63,917 nucleotides of DNA, filler included, from Basidiobolus ranarum (GCA_040143965.1; 53 parts of 53 records of this genome joined end to end with filler, not necessarily neighbours in it), one strand, 5' to 3'; numbered from the whole stretch's first letter, positions 13,340-25,441 are shown. A program made the numbers and translations. Notes: generated by a model from the sequence alone, not told the origin.

Positions 13340-14087
13340 TAATCCTTGAGTTGTTGCTTGGCTTACTGAGAATAGATTCTTGGCTCTATTTGGTACATGG
13401 AGTACATCATCCAATTTTGCATATAGTAAAGCTGAGTTTTGTTCTAAATTGAGCACAACTGTGCCCTTACCAACTGCATCCAGTACATAGTCATCACCTA
13501 AGTAGACTTTCCTCATTTTGATAGGCTTTAAGCTGGAAACCAATCTTTCTTGGAAGACATATGCTGGGAAGCACCTGAATCAATTAGCACATTTCTGAGT
13601 CTTCTTTAGTAGTTACTGATAGGGTAGACACAAATAGACGATCCCTATCAGTGCCTACTTGATTTGCTTGTAGCTTGTTGGCAAAAATCCTTTTTCAGCA
13701 ATCTTTGATCAAATGTCCTGGTTTCTTATAATAGTTGCAGATGATTGATTTCCTATTAGGGGCATCATTATTAAAGATTGTTTGATATTTCACAGCTCCA
13801 AAAAATACTTGTTCAGCATTATTTTGCTGAGAATTAGATGTCTCTAATTGCTAATTCAAAAGCCTTGAACCAACATATTCCATTGTTACTGGCTCTGATC
13901 TTGATTCAAGGGCAATTAGGAGGTTCTCAATCTTGTCTGGCAGGCTCCCAAATAGTGTAATGCCTAAGTTATCTTTATTTAGAGATGCTCCAATGGATGA
14001 GAGCTGATCAGCCATAGTTTTTATCTGACTTATATGATTAAGCATAGAATCATCACAGTTAATCTGAATTGAGAATAATTTTCACCA
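13340..14087 (-). mobile_element. Copia gag - protease fragment
   Basis: UBN2-type gag (LIALESRSEPVTMEYV), CNYIRKPGH knuckle, IDSGASQH. Confidence 0.85.
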
Positions 14088-14451
14088 CACTAACAAAAAT
14101 ATAATCAATTTGATCTGGATCAGATCCACCCTCCAAAATAGCAAAACCATCAGAGAACCGTCACAATATTGCTGGCTTGCATTCTGCCAGGGATCTTGAT
14201 GGTGTCATGGCAATTTCTTGACAGTATCTTAACAGTATTCATACTTGTTAAAATATTGATCCTCAAATTTGGCATATGTTATTCAATAACCAGCAATTTT
14301 TGCAAAAGTATAATTTTTGAATGGCAAATTACTGGGTTTACTGCTGTAGGAATTTGTTTTAATATGCATGCCTTTATTTAGATATTTTAGGCTTTGTATT
14401 CCAGCCATAATGAGAATCAAAAATTACAAGAATCTTGTTGTGTTTAGTCTC
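14088..14451 (-). mobile_element. CMC right end inserted in Copia gag
   Basis: CACTAACAAAAATATAATCAATTTGATCTGG terminus. Confidence 0.75.
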
Positions 14452-14575
14452 NNNNNNNNNNNNNNNNNNNNNNNNNNNNNNNNNNNNNNNNNNNNTTAAT
14501 TAATTAANNNNNNNNNNNNNNNNNNNNNNNNNNNNNNNNNNNNNNNNNNNNAAATCGATTTTATTTTTGTTAGAG

Positions 14576-14842
14576 CTTATGATAGTGTGTTTTAGTTAGT
14601 TTATTCTTAAGAGTATATGGTGACTTATATAGTAGAAAAGTAAATCAATTGTTTGAGATATTAAGGAGTTTGTGTAATAAGATATAATAGATAAGTGGGG
14701 GTAATAAGACATACTTGTTATATAGATATAGAGATATTCCTATTTAGAATATAGGGGCTATAGATACATTGCCTTCTGTTTCTGATATATGTATCATAAC
14801 TAAAGTTAACTATGATGATGAATAAAGATTAATTATCCAACA
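14576..14842 (-). repeat. Copia LTR family B (TGTTGGATAATTAATC...), partial
   Basis: Near-identical to about 47615-47881 and 43553-43750. Confidence 0.85.
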
Positions 14843-15662
14843 GGTTTCATTGCCTAAATTGGTACCAGAAGTTGTAGCACCAATTTCCCATCTTAGGAGA
14901 TCCAATTGGATGAGATCTCCGTCCGATTACTTTTCTCAAACTAGCCAAAAGGAGCCTAGTGCTAATTTAGCCTTTTCTAATGAACCCAAATTGGTACAGG
15001 AGGCTATGAAGAGTTCCAACACAAAGTTTTGGAGTGCTGCAATGGCAGAGGAGTATCAGTCACTGATAGATAATGAAACTTAGACTTTGGTTAAGTTACC
15101 TGATGACTGAAAATCAGTTGGATGCAAAAGAATGTTTAAAGTTAAGCAGCAAGCTGATGGATCTGTAGAGAGATATAAAGCCAGACTTGTGGCTAAAGGA
15201 TAATCTCAAAAGGAAGGTGTGGACTACAATGAAACTTTTGCTCCTGTAGCAAAGTTTAATTTCAGCAGAACCATACTGGCAGTAGCAGCAAAATACGGCT
15301 CAAAAATTGATCAAATGGATGTTAAAACTGCTTTTTTGAATGGGGACTTGGAAGAGGATATATTCATGGATCAACCAGATGGTTTTGTGGATCCTGAGCA
15401 CCCTGAGGATGTGTGTAAGCTACAAAAATCACTGTATGGACTTAAACAATCACCCAGGGCCTGGTACACTAAGATAGATACATACTTGGAATCACTTGAT
15501 TTCCAAAAGAGTATGGTGGATTTTGGGATCTACTTTAAGACAGATAAGGACAGTAAGGTGATACTTGCCTTATATGTAGATGATCTGATTATAGCTACCA
15601 ATAATGATGAAGCTCTCAGGAACACCAAAAGAGATCTATCAGTCCAATTCAAGATGACCAAT
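14843..15662 (+). mobile_element. Copia reverse transcriptase (RVT_2), degenerate
   Basis: [50 protein letters not shown]. Confidence 0.95.
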
Positions 15663-15849
15663 NNNNNNNNNNNNNNNNNNNNNNNNNNNNNNNNNNNNNN
15701 NNNNNNTTAATTAATTAANNNNNNNNNNNNNNNNNNNNNNNNNNNNNNNNNNNNNNNNNNNNGCCATAGTCTTCTCACATCTTACAAATGGTGCATGCCT
15801 CTCAACCCAAAGCCTTTTGTCATGGTGTCTCCCTGGATGTGGCCCACTA

Positions 15850-16873
15850 AACCAAATTTGAGGATCAATATTTTAACATGTAGGAATACCGTAAAATTAC
15901 TGTCAAGAAACCACCATCACACCATCAAAATCCCTGGCAGAATTCAAGCCACTGATATTGTGATGGTTCTCTGATGGTTTTGTTATTTCAGAGGGTGGAC
16001 ACAATTCAGATCAAATTGATTTTATTTTTGTTAGGGATTGTCACATATTCCTATGCTATAAAAGCTGGAGGCTTTGTAGAAAAAATAATCACACATACTG
16101 TCACTGTATAAGGCCACCAGCTGCACAAAGCCTGGTGAATACCAACAGTAATTAGTGCACAAAATTGACTTTAGTTTGCTCCCTGAGTCCACTGGCTGTG
16201 CTTTGCCTCAATGTTTTGGTAACATAACCAAAGGTTAAGCTACCATGGAGTTACCACAGTTTTATGACCAAAATGATGTAGGCAAAAAAGCAACTTTTGT
16301 CAAACCAGTAAGTCCAGATAACTTTGAGGACATGCTGCTAGATGTTGACCTTGGTTATTCCAGTTCTCAAGGTAATATACCAGAAGTTGACAAAGAAGAC
16401 AATGGTTTTGTTACAGACTTTTTGTTATTGGTAAGCATTAGTCAACTCATAACACTTACAATAAAGGAAGTAGATTTGCTTATTGAGGAATGAAGAGTTC
16501 AGTCCACTCTTAGTAACCAGGTTTTTATTGGTTTTTCCTACACTTCTACCACAGTTGATTGGCAAATGTTGCTTGCCTCAGACCTGGTAGAAGTGAAAAC
16601 AATTGTCAATCATATAACTTATAATCCTTCTGTAATTAAACTACCTTCATGTCCAAATGGTTGTTTGGTTTTATCAGTGATCTGAAAAACCTGAAGTCAA
16701 GTACTTTTTGCACCTAATTGGCAATTGCTGAATCAGGTAAGTATTGTTCATATTTGGCTTACATACCGTTGATTCCCCATCTTAAAGTTTTGATGAAATC
16801 ACCCAAATATAGATCATTAATCCAATACCAAAGTACTCACCATAAAGCTGATGGTATTACCGATATACCTGAT
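15850..16873 (+). mobile_element. CMC right end (to 16036) followed by a transposase N-terminal fragment of the same family
   Basis: TTTTGTTAGGG terminus, then DVDLGYSS...YLAYIPLIPHLK...HHKADGITD. Confidence 0.75.
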
Positions 16874-16973
16874 NNNNNNNNNNNNNNNNNNNNNNNNNNN
16901 NNNNNNNNNNNNNNNNNTTAATTAATTAANNNNNNNNNNNNNNNNNNNNNNNNNNNNNNNNNNNNNNNNNNNN

Positions 16974-17300
16974 TATACCGTTCAGAAGGAGGAAGATTTA
17001 AGTTGATTAAAATTATTGGCCAGCAAGCCTTTCCAACAGTATATTTGTTTAGTGAGAAACCATCCAGAGCCAATGCAAATGCATCATCATATGTGTTCTC
17101 AAAGAAACCTTGACTTTTCAGATTCTGGTAGTGATATCCATCAAGCATATTGGTAATACCATCAGCTTTATGGTGAGTACTTTGGTATTGGATCAATAAT
17201 CTATATTTGGGTGATTTCATGAAAACTTTAAGAAGAGGAATCAATGGTGTGTAAGCCAAATATGAATAATATTTACCTGATTCAGGGATTGCCAATTGTC
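16974..17300 (-). mobile_element. CMC transposase catalytic region (Transposase_21/tnp2-like)
   Basis: DGYHYQ...ALALDGFSL...CWPIILINLNLPPSERY is the hallmark tnp2 motif. Confidence 0.85.
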
Positions 17301-18084
17301 TAGGAAAACTTCTATTCTTCAGATATACATCTGTAGCAACAGATTCTGCACAAAAGTTATGAGATAAATTTTGCATTTATCATAAATCTGGCCATTTCTA
17401 TTATAGTCCTGTTGGCTCTTTCCACAACTCCATTTTGTTGAGGTGAATAAGGGGCAGTAGTGTCTTAGTTAATTCCATGAACTTTGTAAAAGTACTTAAA
17501 TAATGTTCAAGTACATTTTCTACCATTATCAGTATATACTTTCTCGATTTTGGCTCCAGTTTCAGTCTCCACAAGTGTTTGAAATCTCTAAAGATAGAGA
17601 GAGCTTCTTCTTTTCTTTCCATAAAGTATACCCAAGTGTGTCTTGCGTAACTATCACTAAATGGGATTAAATATCTTTTTCTGCCTAAAGATAAATTTTG
17701 CATAAGTCCACACAAATCTGAATGAATTAGATCCAATTTTTTGACAGATTTGATTACACCATAGCTCTTGAATGGTTGACTGGCTTGTTTTCTATATATA
17801 CAACCATCACCAATTTGCATTTTGGGCTGGGGTTAATTTGATTCCGGAAATTAGGCAATTTTTGATCATTTTGCTCAAATAATCCTGACTTATAAAAATT
17901 GAATTTAGGCCCTTCTGAGGTTGCCTTGCATACAGATATTATATTCTTGGCAATATCTGGAACATGTAGCATATCCTTAAAAGTTTACACTTTCTCTTCA
18001 GAAGCTCCAGTTAAATTGACTTGAATTGTTGCCATTCCAATAGCATCAAATGTGAGGTCATCTCCCATGAAAACCTTTCTAATT
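17301..18084 (-). mobile_element. Copia protease-integrase fragment
   Basis: LDLIHSDLCGLMQ...HTWVYFM. Confidence 0.9.
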
Positions 18085-18184
18085 NNNNNNNNNNNNNNNN
18101 NNNNNNNNNNNNNNNNNNNNNNNNNNNNTTAATTAATTAANNNNNNNNNNNNNNNNNNNNNNNNNNNNNNNNNNNNNNNNNNNN

Positions 18185-18356
18185 CCCATATTGAATAAGA
18201 TGAGTCAAACTTGCTACTACCTTTGTTAGAATCAGCTCCCTCCTTAATTTTTACGATATAGCGGTTAGAAACATCCACAATCTGGGCATCAGTAATGGAT
18301 ACAGCTAAAACGATAGCAACCAGAGATCCTAAGGCGAAGCAACGAATGTTTACCAT
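18185..18356 (-). CDS. Secreted subtilisin (S8) N-terminus: signal peptide and start of the I9 propeptide
   Basis: MVNIRCFALGSLVAIVLAVSITDA signal peptide, then the NRYIVKIKEG I9 motif. Confidence 0.7.
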
Positions 18357-19145
18357 GGTAACTATAAGATAATGAGATAGAACTGATGACTTTCTACTTG
18401 TGTATTTATCCTGAATTTATATTCCTCGCAGGATCTCAGGAGTTGAGTCCTCCTTCCTAATCTCGCATTTTCTCTCACAGTCTCCGGTTTTCGACTGTAC
18501 CTATCACGACTCTAGTTCTCAGGTATTTTCTCAGCAGCTCATCTTGAGGTTAAATCTAGTTACTCGATACCGGAAACCAGGTCGATCTTCTGCCATTTAC
18601 TAATTTCGATAGAATGATGAGAAACAGTGAGAGAATTTCGTGATCTTTCTTAATTTTGTTTTTATTATGTCAATGAATATCAAAGTTTGACTCAATTGCA
18701 CAAGTCTACAGGTAACTTACTTCTAGGGTTGATGATTAGTGGGAGAACACACAGTACGTATTCTCTAACTAAGAATTATGCCACTTATTATTAAGGAAAG
18801 AATCATATTGATTTCTTAATCAGCAGCGTCTCTTCGTCACATTACATGCGTGAACTTATTAACGCTCGAATCTCAACTGGTGATGGAGCCCATCATGTGA
18901 CCTACAGTGTGGTAAGAAACCTTCAAGGTACAGAAAGAATCGTTCGATCTAGTAATTAATATGGGATAAACCAATATTTGACTAATCTATACATTTGGTA
19001 TCACCAAATGTGATACACTGGTATGAGGTCGTTCCAATATTTTCCTCTAATCACATATCATTCAAAATAAGAGGCAATGTTTGAATTGAGTAACTTTATT
19101 TCATGAAACATGATTGTAACAAAGAGTAGAACAGGATAAAACCGA

Positions 19146-19294
19146 TTATTGGTTTGAGTTGAATACCAAAAGGTTGGGAGTGGTCCCCTTTAATCCAGTG
19201 ATTACATCCTTGGTAGCCTTGGAAACAAGTGCGGAGTATACCTCAGCTGGGGTATTCAAACCTCCCTGGGATAGGTACAAAGCGGCAACACCAG
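19146..19294 (-). CDS. Subtilisin (proteinase K-like S8) C-terminus
   Basis: GVAALYLSQGGLNTPAEVYSALVSKATKDVITGLKGTTPNLLVFNSNQ*. Confidence 0.88.
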
Positions 19295-19394
19295 NNNNNN
19301 NNNNNNNNNNNNNNNNNNNNNNNNNNNNNNNNNNNNNNTTAATTAATTAANNNNNNNNNNNNNNNNNNNNNNNNNNNNNNNNNNNNNNNNNNNN

Positions 19395-19837
19395 TTTTTC
19401 CACCATTAGTTTGCTGGTAAAGTATATTGATGTTGTTGATTTATGTCTAATCAGTCAAATATGTGCATATGTAGAGACTAAACACAACAAGATTCTTGTA
19501 TTTTTTGATTCTCCTTATGGCTTGAATACAGAGCCTAAAATATCTAAATAAAGGCATGCATATTAATTTGAATTCCTAAAGCAGTAAACCTAGTAATTTG
19601 CCATTTGAAAATTATATTTTTGCAAAAATTGCTGAATATTGAATAACACATGCAAAATTTGAGGAACAATATTTTAACATGTATGAATACCATTAAGATA
19701 CAGTCAAGAAGCCGCCATCACACCATCAAAATCCCTGGCAGAATGCAAGCCAACAATATTGTGACAGTTCTCTAATGGTTTTACTATTTTGGAGTGTGGA
19801 TCCAATCTGGATCAAATCAATTTTATTTTTGTTAGGG
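19395..19837 (+). mobile_element. CMC right end inserted in Gypsy protease
   Basis: ...TTTTATTTTTGTTAGGG terminus. Confidence 0.8.
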
Positions 19838-20504
19838 CTTCCATCAATTACTTTGACAAGGACGGGATTAGATTTCTTGATTGTTGGGATAGAGTGGGAT
19901 TTTACAAAGGCAGAGTCAATAAAACAGGAGGAAGCATCTGAATCAAGAAGTGCAGTTGTTTTTATTGACTTGGAATTTGGTAGCAGGAGTGTAATGGGCA
20001 GCTTTAATGATTCATATGACTGCAGATATTGCAATGTATAGTGAAGATATATTTTTGAAGATGGTTTGCCCAACTCCATGCCCATTATTGCTGCTGGGCA
20101 TTGAAGTTTTCCAATGGTTGGGAAGAGTTCTCTTGTACTTGCATATTGTTGATCTTAAATCCAGAATTCTTCTTTGGACAGGTTCTTGCTACATGTCCAG
20201 GAGCTCCACAATAGAGGCATAGATTCTCTTGTTGACATGAATATTTCTCCTCAGGGCTAAGCTTTCTGAAGTGAGTTCCATCAATTTGCATTGGGTCATC
20301 AGCTTGAGCTGTATTTTGTGTTTGATGGAAGGGGGGTCTGAAAGCAGATGATGAAGGAGAAATGAAGGGAACCATGTCTCTTTACTGTTGTCTTTCAAAC
20401 AACCGGTCATCACATTTAACTGCCTTGTGCATAGCGTCAGTCTATGTCACTGGATCAGCCATAGTGAGTAAAAGATCCTTAATATTTTCTTGGAGTCCAT
20501 ATTG
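19838..20504 (-). mobile_element. Gypsy gag (CCHC knuckle) - protease, same family as 4853-5965
   Basis: DDPMQID, LCLYCGAPGHVARTC, ALLDSDASSCFID. Confidence 0.9.
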
Positions 20505-20604
20505 NNNNNNNNNNNNNNNNNNNNNNNNNNNNNNNNNNNNNNNNNNNNTTAATTAATTAANNNNNNNNNNNNNNNNNNNNNNNNNNNNNNNNNNNNNNNN
20601 NNNN

Positions 20605-21714
20605 GGTTCTTGGGTAGTAAGGCCCCTGTGTTATCTTGAAGTGCATAAGATCTTCCAGTGGTTCTTCTGATAATCTTGATGGGACCTTCATACTTGGGAT
20701 CAAGTTGGGATTGGTGGATGCGATCTAAAGGTATGACAAAAGAACCATCTAGAAAACTAGTGGTGTTGTGCCTTGAAGTGTGCTTGGATATGTTCTTGTG
20801 TTGACTACTTTTGCTTCTTAGGTTGGTTCCAGGGTAGACAATATCTGTTAGGAATTGAAGGCATTTGACTAAGTCTTCAGTGTTGATTGGTTTGAGAAGA
20901 ACATCTTGATAGTTCCAAAGTAAGTTGAACATTCTTCCAAACATAAGTGAGAATGGAGTGGATCCATGAAGTACAGCAATCTTGGTGTTGATAGCATATT
21001 GAATCTTTGGGATTAACTTGTCCCAATTCTTCTTGACTCCTTTGATGGTTTTACAGAATATGTTCACAGAGATTTGAACATGTCTCGCTGTAAGTCCATT
21101 GGCTTTAGGATGATAGGGAGTGATCAGTCTATGATCAATGGCAGATTTCTTTGATGACTTGGTTAAAAAACTCAGTTCCATTATCAGCTTGAATGATTTT
21201 GGGAAATCCAAAGAGGCAGAATAGATTGAATAAAGCTTGGGCAATGGTAGTAGAATATTTGTCTGGAAGAGCTTTCAGAAAAACAAAATGTGTACAAACA
21301 TCTACTCTCACAAAGAGGTAGTGATTTCTATCATCACTTGTTGTAAAAGGTCAAGCTAGATCAATAGCAATATAGGGAGTTCAGCATGTATTGTAGTCAA
21401 AGGGTGGAATCTATGGTGTGTAATATTTTAAAGTTGACATTCACTGCAAGACTTTACATAGTCTTGCCAGAGCTACTGGTGAAATTTCTTGAGGGCAACA
21501 CAAAGGCTAGTAATTCCTTCCTAATAGCAGAATAAATATGTTCAGCAGGCTGCAAAGATCTGACTTGGAAAGAAATCCAATGAGGTGGATTTTGGTCTTC
21601 ATCTGGCTCAAGAACTGTCCCTAACAAAACATTAGATGCATTGGTAGCAACAAAGAAAGGCTTGGAAAAGTCAAGATAAGATAGAGTAGGAGCTTGGGGA
21701 AGCATTGTGCACAG
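20605..21714 (-). mobile_element. Gypsy RNase H and integrase (second family), degenerate
   Basis: DFSKPFFVATNAS...KELLA; TPYHPKANGL; LDPKYEGP (GPY/F region). Confidence 0.9.
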
Positions 21715-21814
21715 NNNNNNNNNNNNNNNNNNNNNNNNNNNNNNNNNNNNNNNNNNNNTTAATTAATTAANNNNNNNNNNNNNNNNNNNNNNNNNNNNNN
21801 NNNNNNNNNNNNNN

Positions 21815-22051
21815 ACAATATATTCCCTATTCAGTATATTATGTTTCACCCTGCAATATCTATATAAGCTGCCTGTTTTCCTTGATCAGACCTCAGTGTG
21901 ATTAATGCCAGTTATCAATAAAGGTTCTTGCCAAAGTTTCTTCCCTGTCCTTTCATGTCTTGTCTTGCCTTGTGGTCTAAACCCAAGTACCCTCCTGCTT
22001 TCTAGCCTCTTCTCTCTGTTTCCAGTCCTTGTCCAGTTCCTTATTGTGACA
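21815..22051 (+). repeat. Gypsy LTR family A, 3' half, inserted in a CMC end
   Basis: Ends TTATTGTGACA; matches the reverse complement of 42762-43000. Confidence 0.8.
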
Positions 22052-22923
22052 GACGGTTTTGCTATTTTGGAGGGTGGATCCGCTCCGGATCAAATCGATT
22101 TTATTTTTGTTAGGGGTATTCATATATATTAAAATATTGATCCTCATATTTGGCATGTTTTATTAATTTCTTGCAATTTTTGCAAAATATAATTTTTGAA
22201 TGGCAATTTATTGGGTTTACTGCTGTAGGAATTCAAATTAAAATGCATGCATTTATTTAGATATTTTAGGCTTTGTACTCCAGCCATAATGATAATCAAA
22301 AATACAACAATCTCATTGTGTTTAGTCTCTACATATGCACATACTTGACTGACCACACAAAACTCAACAACATCAATATGCTTTACCAGTAAACTAAAAG
22401 TGGAAAAATTGCTAAACATCTGAAATTTCAAATAGCACTGACACTTGGCAAATAGTTGACTCTTATTACCATTCACAATGAGAGTAAGCTCTTGGATTTT
22501 GGCAAATTTCTGTAAAGAATTCAGCCAATATGTCCTGGACTTGCAGTCCACAAATGTCCTGCCACAAGTAGATGTGTCATTTCTTGAATAGATTACCCCG
22601 TGGCTAAAACAGCAATACTGTGTATCTCCATCTATCTCACCAAGAAGTCTGTCTTGCAGATCTCCTAGAAATACTGTCAGATAATGACACAAACAAATTA
22701 GTCCAAATTAACAAGGTACTTACTCTGCATCCATGGATTGGGCTTTGTTGCTGTCATTGTGCTCAAACAATGTGAAAACCTGTGAGCACATTGAAAAGAG
22801 CCCTTTGTTGGCAGGTTAGTATACTCTGGAGTTTTTTTTACCCATCACATTACATCCATCACTGATTTTGCTGATACATTATTAATCAGATTAGCATATG
22901 GTAATACTGACAATTTCACACAG
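22052..22923. mobile_element. Two CMC right-end segments in opposite orientation (transposase C-terminus on minus strand)
   Basis: Terminus at 22115; ORF 22144-22692 (GEIDGDTQY...VCAYVETKH). Confidence 0.75.
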
Positions 22924-23023
22924 NNNNNNNNNNNNNNNNNNNNNNNNNNNNNNNNNNNNNNNNNNNNTTAATTAATTAANNNNNNNNNNNNNNNNNNNNN
23001 NNNNNNNNNNNNNNNNNNNNNNN

Positions 23024-23456
23024 CTGATTGGCCTTAGACTTTGTGTTCAGATGCAGTCACCTTACTCAATATTTTCCTCTTTGGGAATTACTGCTTGTAC
23101 CACAAGTCACCAGACTTTCAACATTCCCTCTCAAGCAGGATTTCCAGATTTAGCACTAACCAGGGCTCATAACCTGCTGAAATTATTTAGGGAGAAATAT
23201 TGGTCGGGCCAGGAATTGAACCCAGGACCTCCTTCACTCTAGCAAGGTGCTCTAACCACTGAGCTACCAGTTCTTGTATGCTATGCCTATATTGTTAGGG
23301 AACCTTAACCTAGTCGGTCAATGTATGGTACTTTGGCATTTCAGCTTTACAAGCAACTGATTAGCCTTAAACTTTGTGTTCAGATGTAGTCACCATACTC
23401 AATATTTTCCTCTTTGGGAATTACTGCTTGTACCACAAGTCACCAGACTTTCAACA
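23024..23456 (-). mobile_element. TRIM with tRNA-bearing LTRs: 5' LTR 23456-23175, PBS 23174-23161, PPT about 23134-23124, 3' LTR 23123 to gap
   Basis: 100-bp direct repeat with about 4 mismatches; TGTTGAAA...TTTCA(G/A)CA termini; PBS GGTTATGAGCCCTG; PPT TTGAGAGGGAA; non-coding 51-bp internal region. Confidence 0.88.
23201..23273 (-). tRNA. tRNA-like sequence inside the TRIM LTR (AGA at the anticodon position, short variable loop; likely not a functional tRNA)
   Basis: GAACTGG TA GCTC AGTGGTTA GAGC A CCTTG CTAGAGT GAAGG AGGTC CTGGG TTCAATT CCTGG CCCGACC A; A and B boxes intact. Confidence 0.8.
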
Positions 23457-23940
23457 GAAACAAGCCTAATCTGAATCATCTCAGAATTTTTGGATCAATA
23501 GTATGTGCTCATATTCCTAAACCTCAGCATAGGAAATTGGACAAAAAGGCATTTAAATGTATCCTATTAGGATATCAGAACAAAGGCTACTGTCTCATAA
23601 TTTCTGGCACAAATCAAATCATCAACTCCAGAGATACTTAACTTATTGAAGAAAATCTCAAATCTTCTAATCAAGGGGATTTGATTTTGGCTGAAAATCA
23701 ATTTCTCAATAACTCAAATTCTGACTTAACAAGTTCTGAAACCAAACTTGAGCTAATAAGTACTAAAAGCAACTTGGAAAATGATACATTGGAAATAGAT
23801 ACTGGAATTAGGCCAAATTTGGAATCACAAACTATTGATCAACATTATCCAAATTTAGAAAATATCACATCTGGGACAAGGTCTAAAACATCAGCCACCA
23901 ATTTGACCAATATTGGATGCAATCAATTTTTGGAAGGATG
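23457..23940 (+). mobile_element. Copia integrase C-terminal/SH3 region, host to two TRIM insertions
   Basis: NKPNLNHLRIFGSIVCAHIPK..RKLDKKAFKCILLGY. Confidence 0.85.
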
Positions 23941-24132
23941 TGTTGAAAGTCTGGTGCCATGTGGTAAAAGCAGTAGTTCACAAAGAGGAAAATATAGAAT
24001 ATGGTGACTGTATCTGAATGCAAAGTCTAAGGCCAATCAGTTGCTTGTATAGCTGATATGCAATTGTACCATACTTTTACAGACTAGGTTAAGGTTCCCT
24101 AGCAATATAGGCATAGCATACAAGGACTGGTA
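23941..24132 (+). repeat. Second tRNA-LTR copy, truncated by the gap at the tRNA 5' end (GGACTGGTA)
   Basis: Starts TGTTGAAAGTCTGGTG; reverse-complement match to 23265-23456. Confidence 0.85.
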
Positions 24133-24427
24133 NNNNNNNNNNNNNNNNNNNNNNNNNNNNNNNNNNNNNNNNNNNNTTAATTAATTAANNNNNNNNNNNN
24201 NNNNNNNNNNNNNNNNNNNNNNNNNNNNNNNNAAGTTAGGCAAAGTAGTCAAAATCTTGATTAATTCTCAATAGATTCATACTCAAAGATATCCATTGAG
24301 AGCTCTAGACTTAAGACACTATGAACAAAGCTTTCATTATCTTTTGAATGTGCAATAATGTCTCAAAGTACTTCCCTTAAATATACTACATAGGTAAAAT
24401 AAATTGTTTCCAAAATGGTAAATATCA

Positions 24428-24514
24428 TCATGCCGGATAGTGCCCAATCATGCCAATTTGTGCTGGCTCACTTTTTAGCTGGCCTGATCAGGTTCAATAA
24501 AATGGAACAAGTCT
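24428..24514. mobile_element. MITE-like end (...AAAATGGAACAAGTCTA)
   Basis: Near-identical to 45964-46051. Confidence 0.55.
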
Positions 24515-24519
24515 AATAC

Positions 24520-25341
24520 TGCAAGGTATCCACCAGATAGCCAGAAGAATGTTGATTGAGCAACATTAATACAATGGTGAGCTTTGATAGTGATATTGAT
24601 ACAAACTTGTGTTTGGTATAAGCTAAACCTTGAGTATGAAGAACTCTATAAAAATATTCAGGAGAATATATATCAAAGAGATCAGGGATTTTGAAGGTAA
24701 CTAATTAGCATTCAAGTGATCATTGTGTAAAATTTGAGTTATGTTTTTTGCACATGCGTTAATCCATAGTTCTTCAAGATTGTAGCCAATAATGTGCAAC
24801 TATTTTGCAAGATCTTAAAATTTCCCTCTTGAAACAAACAAATTTGATTAAAATCAAATCTAACCTGACAATTTTATGATGGCAAGTAAAAAGTCAATCC
24901 TACATGAATTAAAACTGTGATGGTTTTGTATAATAACTATCCTCAAATTTTGTTAGGGAAAGCTGCTTCCATTGTAGTAAGTGTTATGAGTGGACTAATG
25001 TTTGCCAATAACAAAGAGTCTGTAACAAAACAATGGTATTCTTCTTCAACTTCTGATATACTACTATTGGTACTGGAATAACCAAGGTCAACATCTAGCA
25101 GCAAGTCCTTAAAGTTGTCTGGACTTACTGGTTCACCCACAGTTCCATTCTACCTATATTGTTCTGGTCATATAACTGTGGTAACTCCATGGTATCTTGA
25201 CTTTTGGCCATGTTACCAAAACTTTGAGGTAAACTATAGTCAGTGGACTCAATGGGCAAAGCTAAAGTCAATTTAGTGCACTTCTTACTGTTGCTATACA
25301 CCAGGCTTTGTGCAGCTGGTGGCTTTGTACAGTGACCATGC
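24520..25341 (-). mobile_element. CMC left end (terminus at 24958) abutting a transposase N-terminal fragment of the same family
   Basis: CCCTAACAAAATTTGAGG terminus on the minus strand; DVDLGYSS motif. Confidence 0.7.
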
Positions 25342-25441
25342 NNNNNNNNNNNNNNNNNNNNNNNNNNNNNNNNNNNNNNNNNNNNTTAATTAATTAANNN
25401 NNNNNNNNNNNNNNNNNNNNNNNNNNNNNNNNNNNNNNNNN

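Noticed and set aside
23235-23245. CTA triplet in the LTR tRNA loop as an amber suppressor anticodon
   Set aside because: Canonical numbering with U33 places AGA, not CTA, at positions 34-36.
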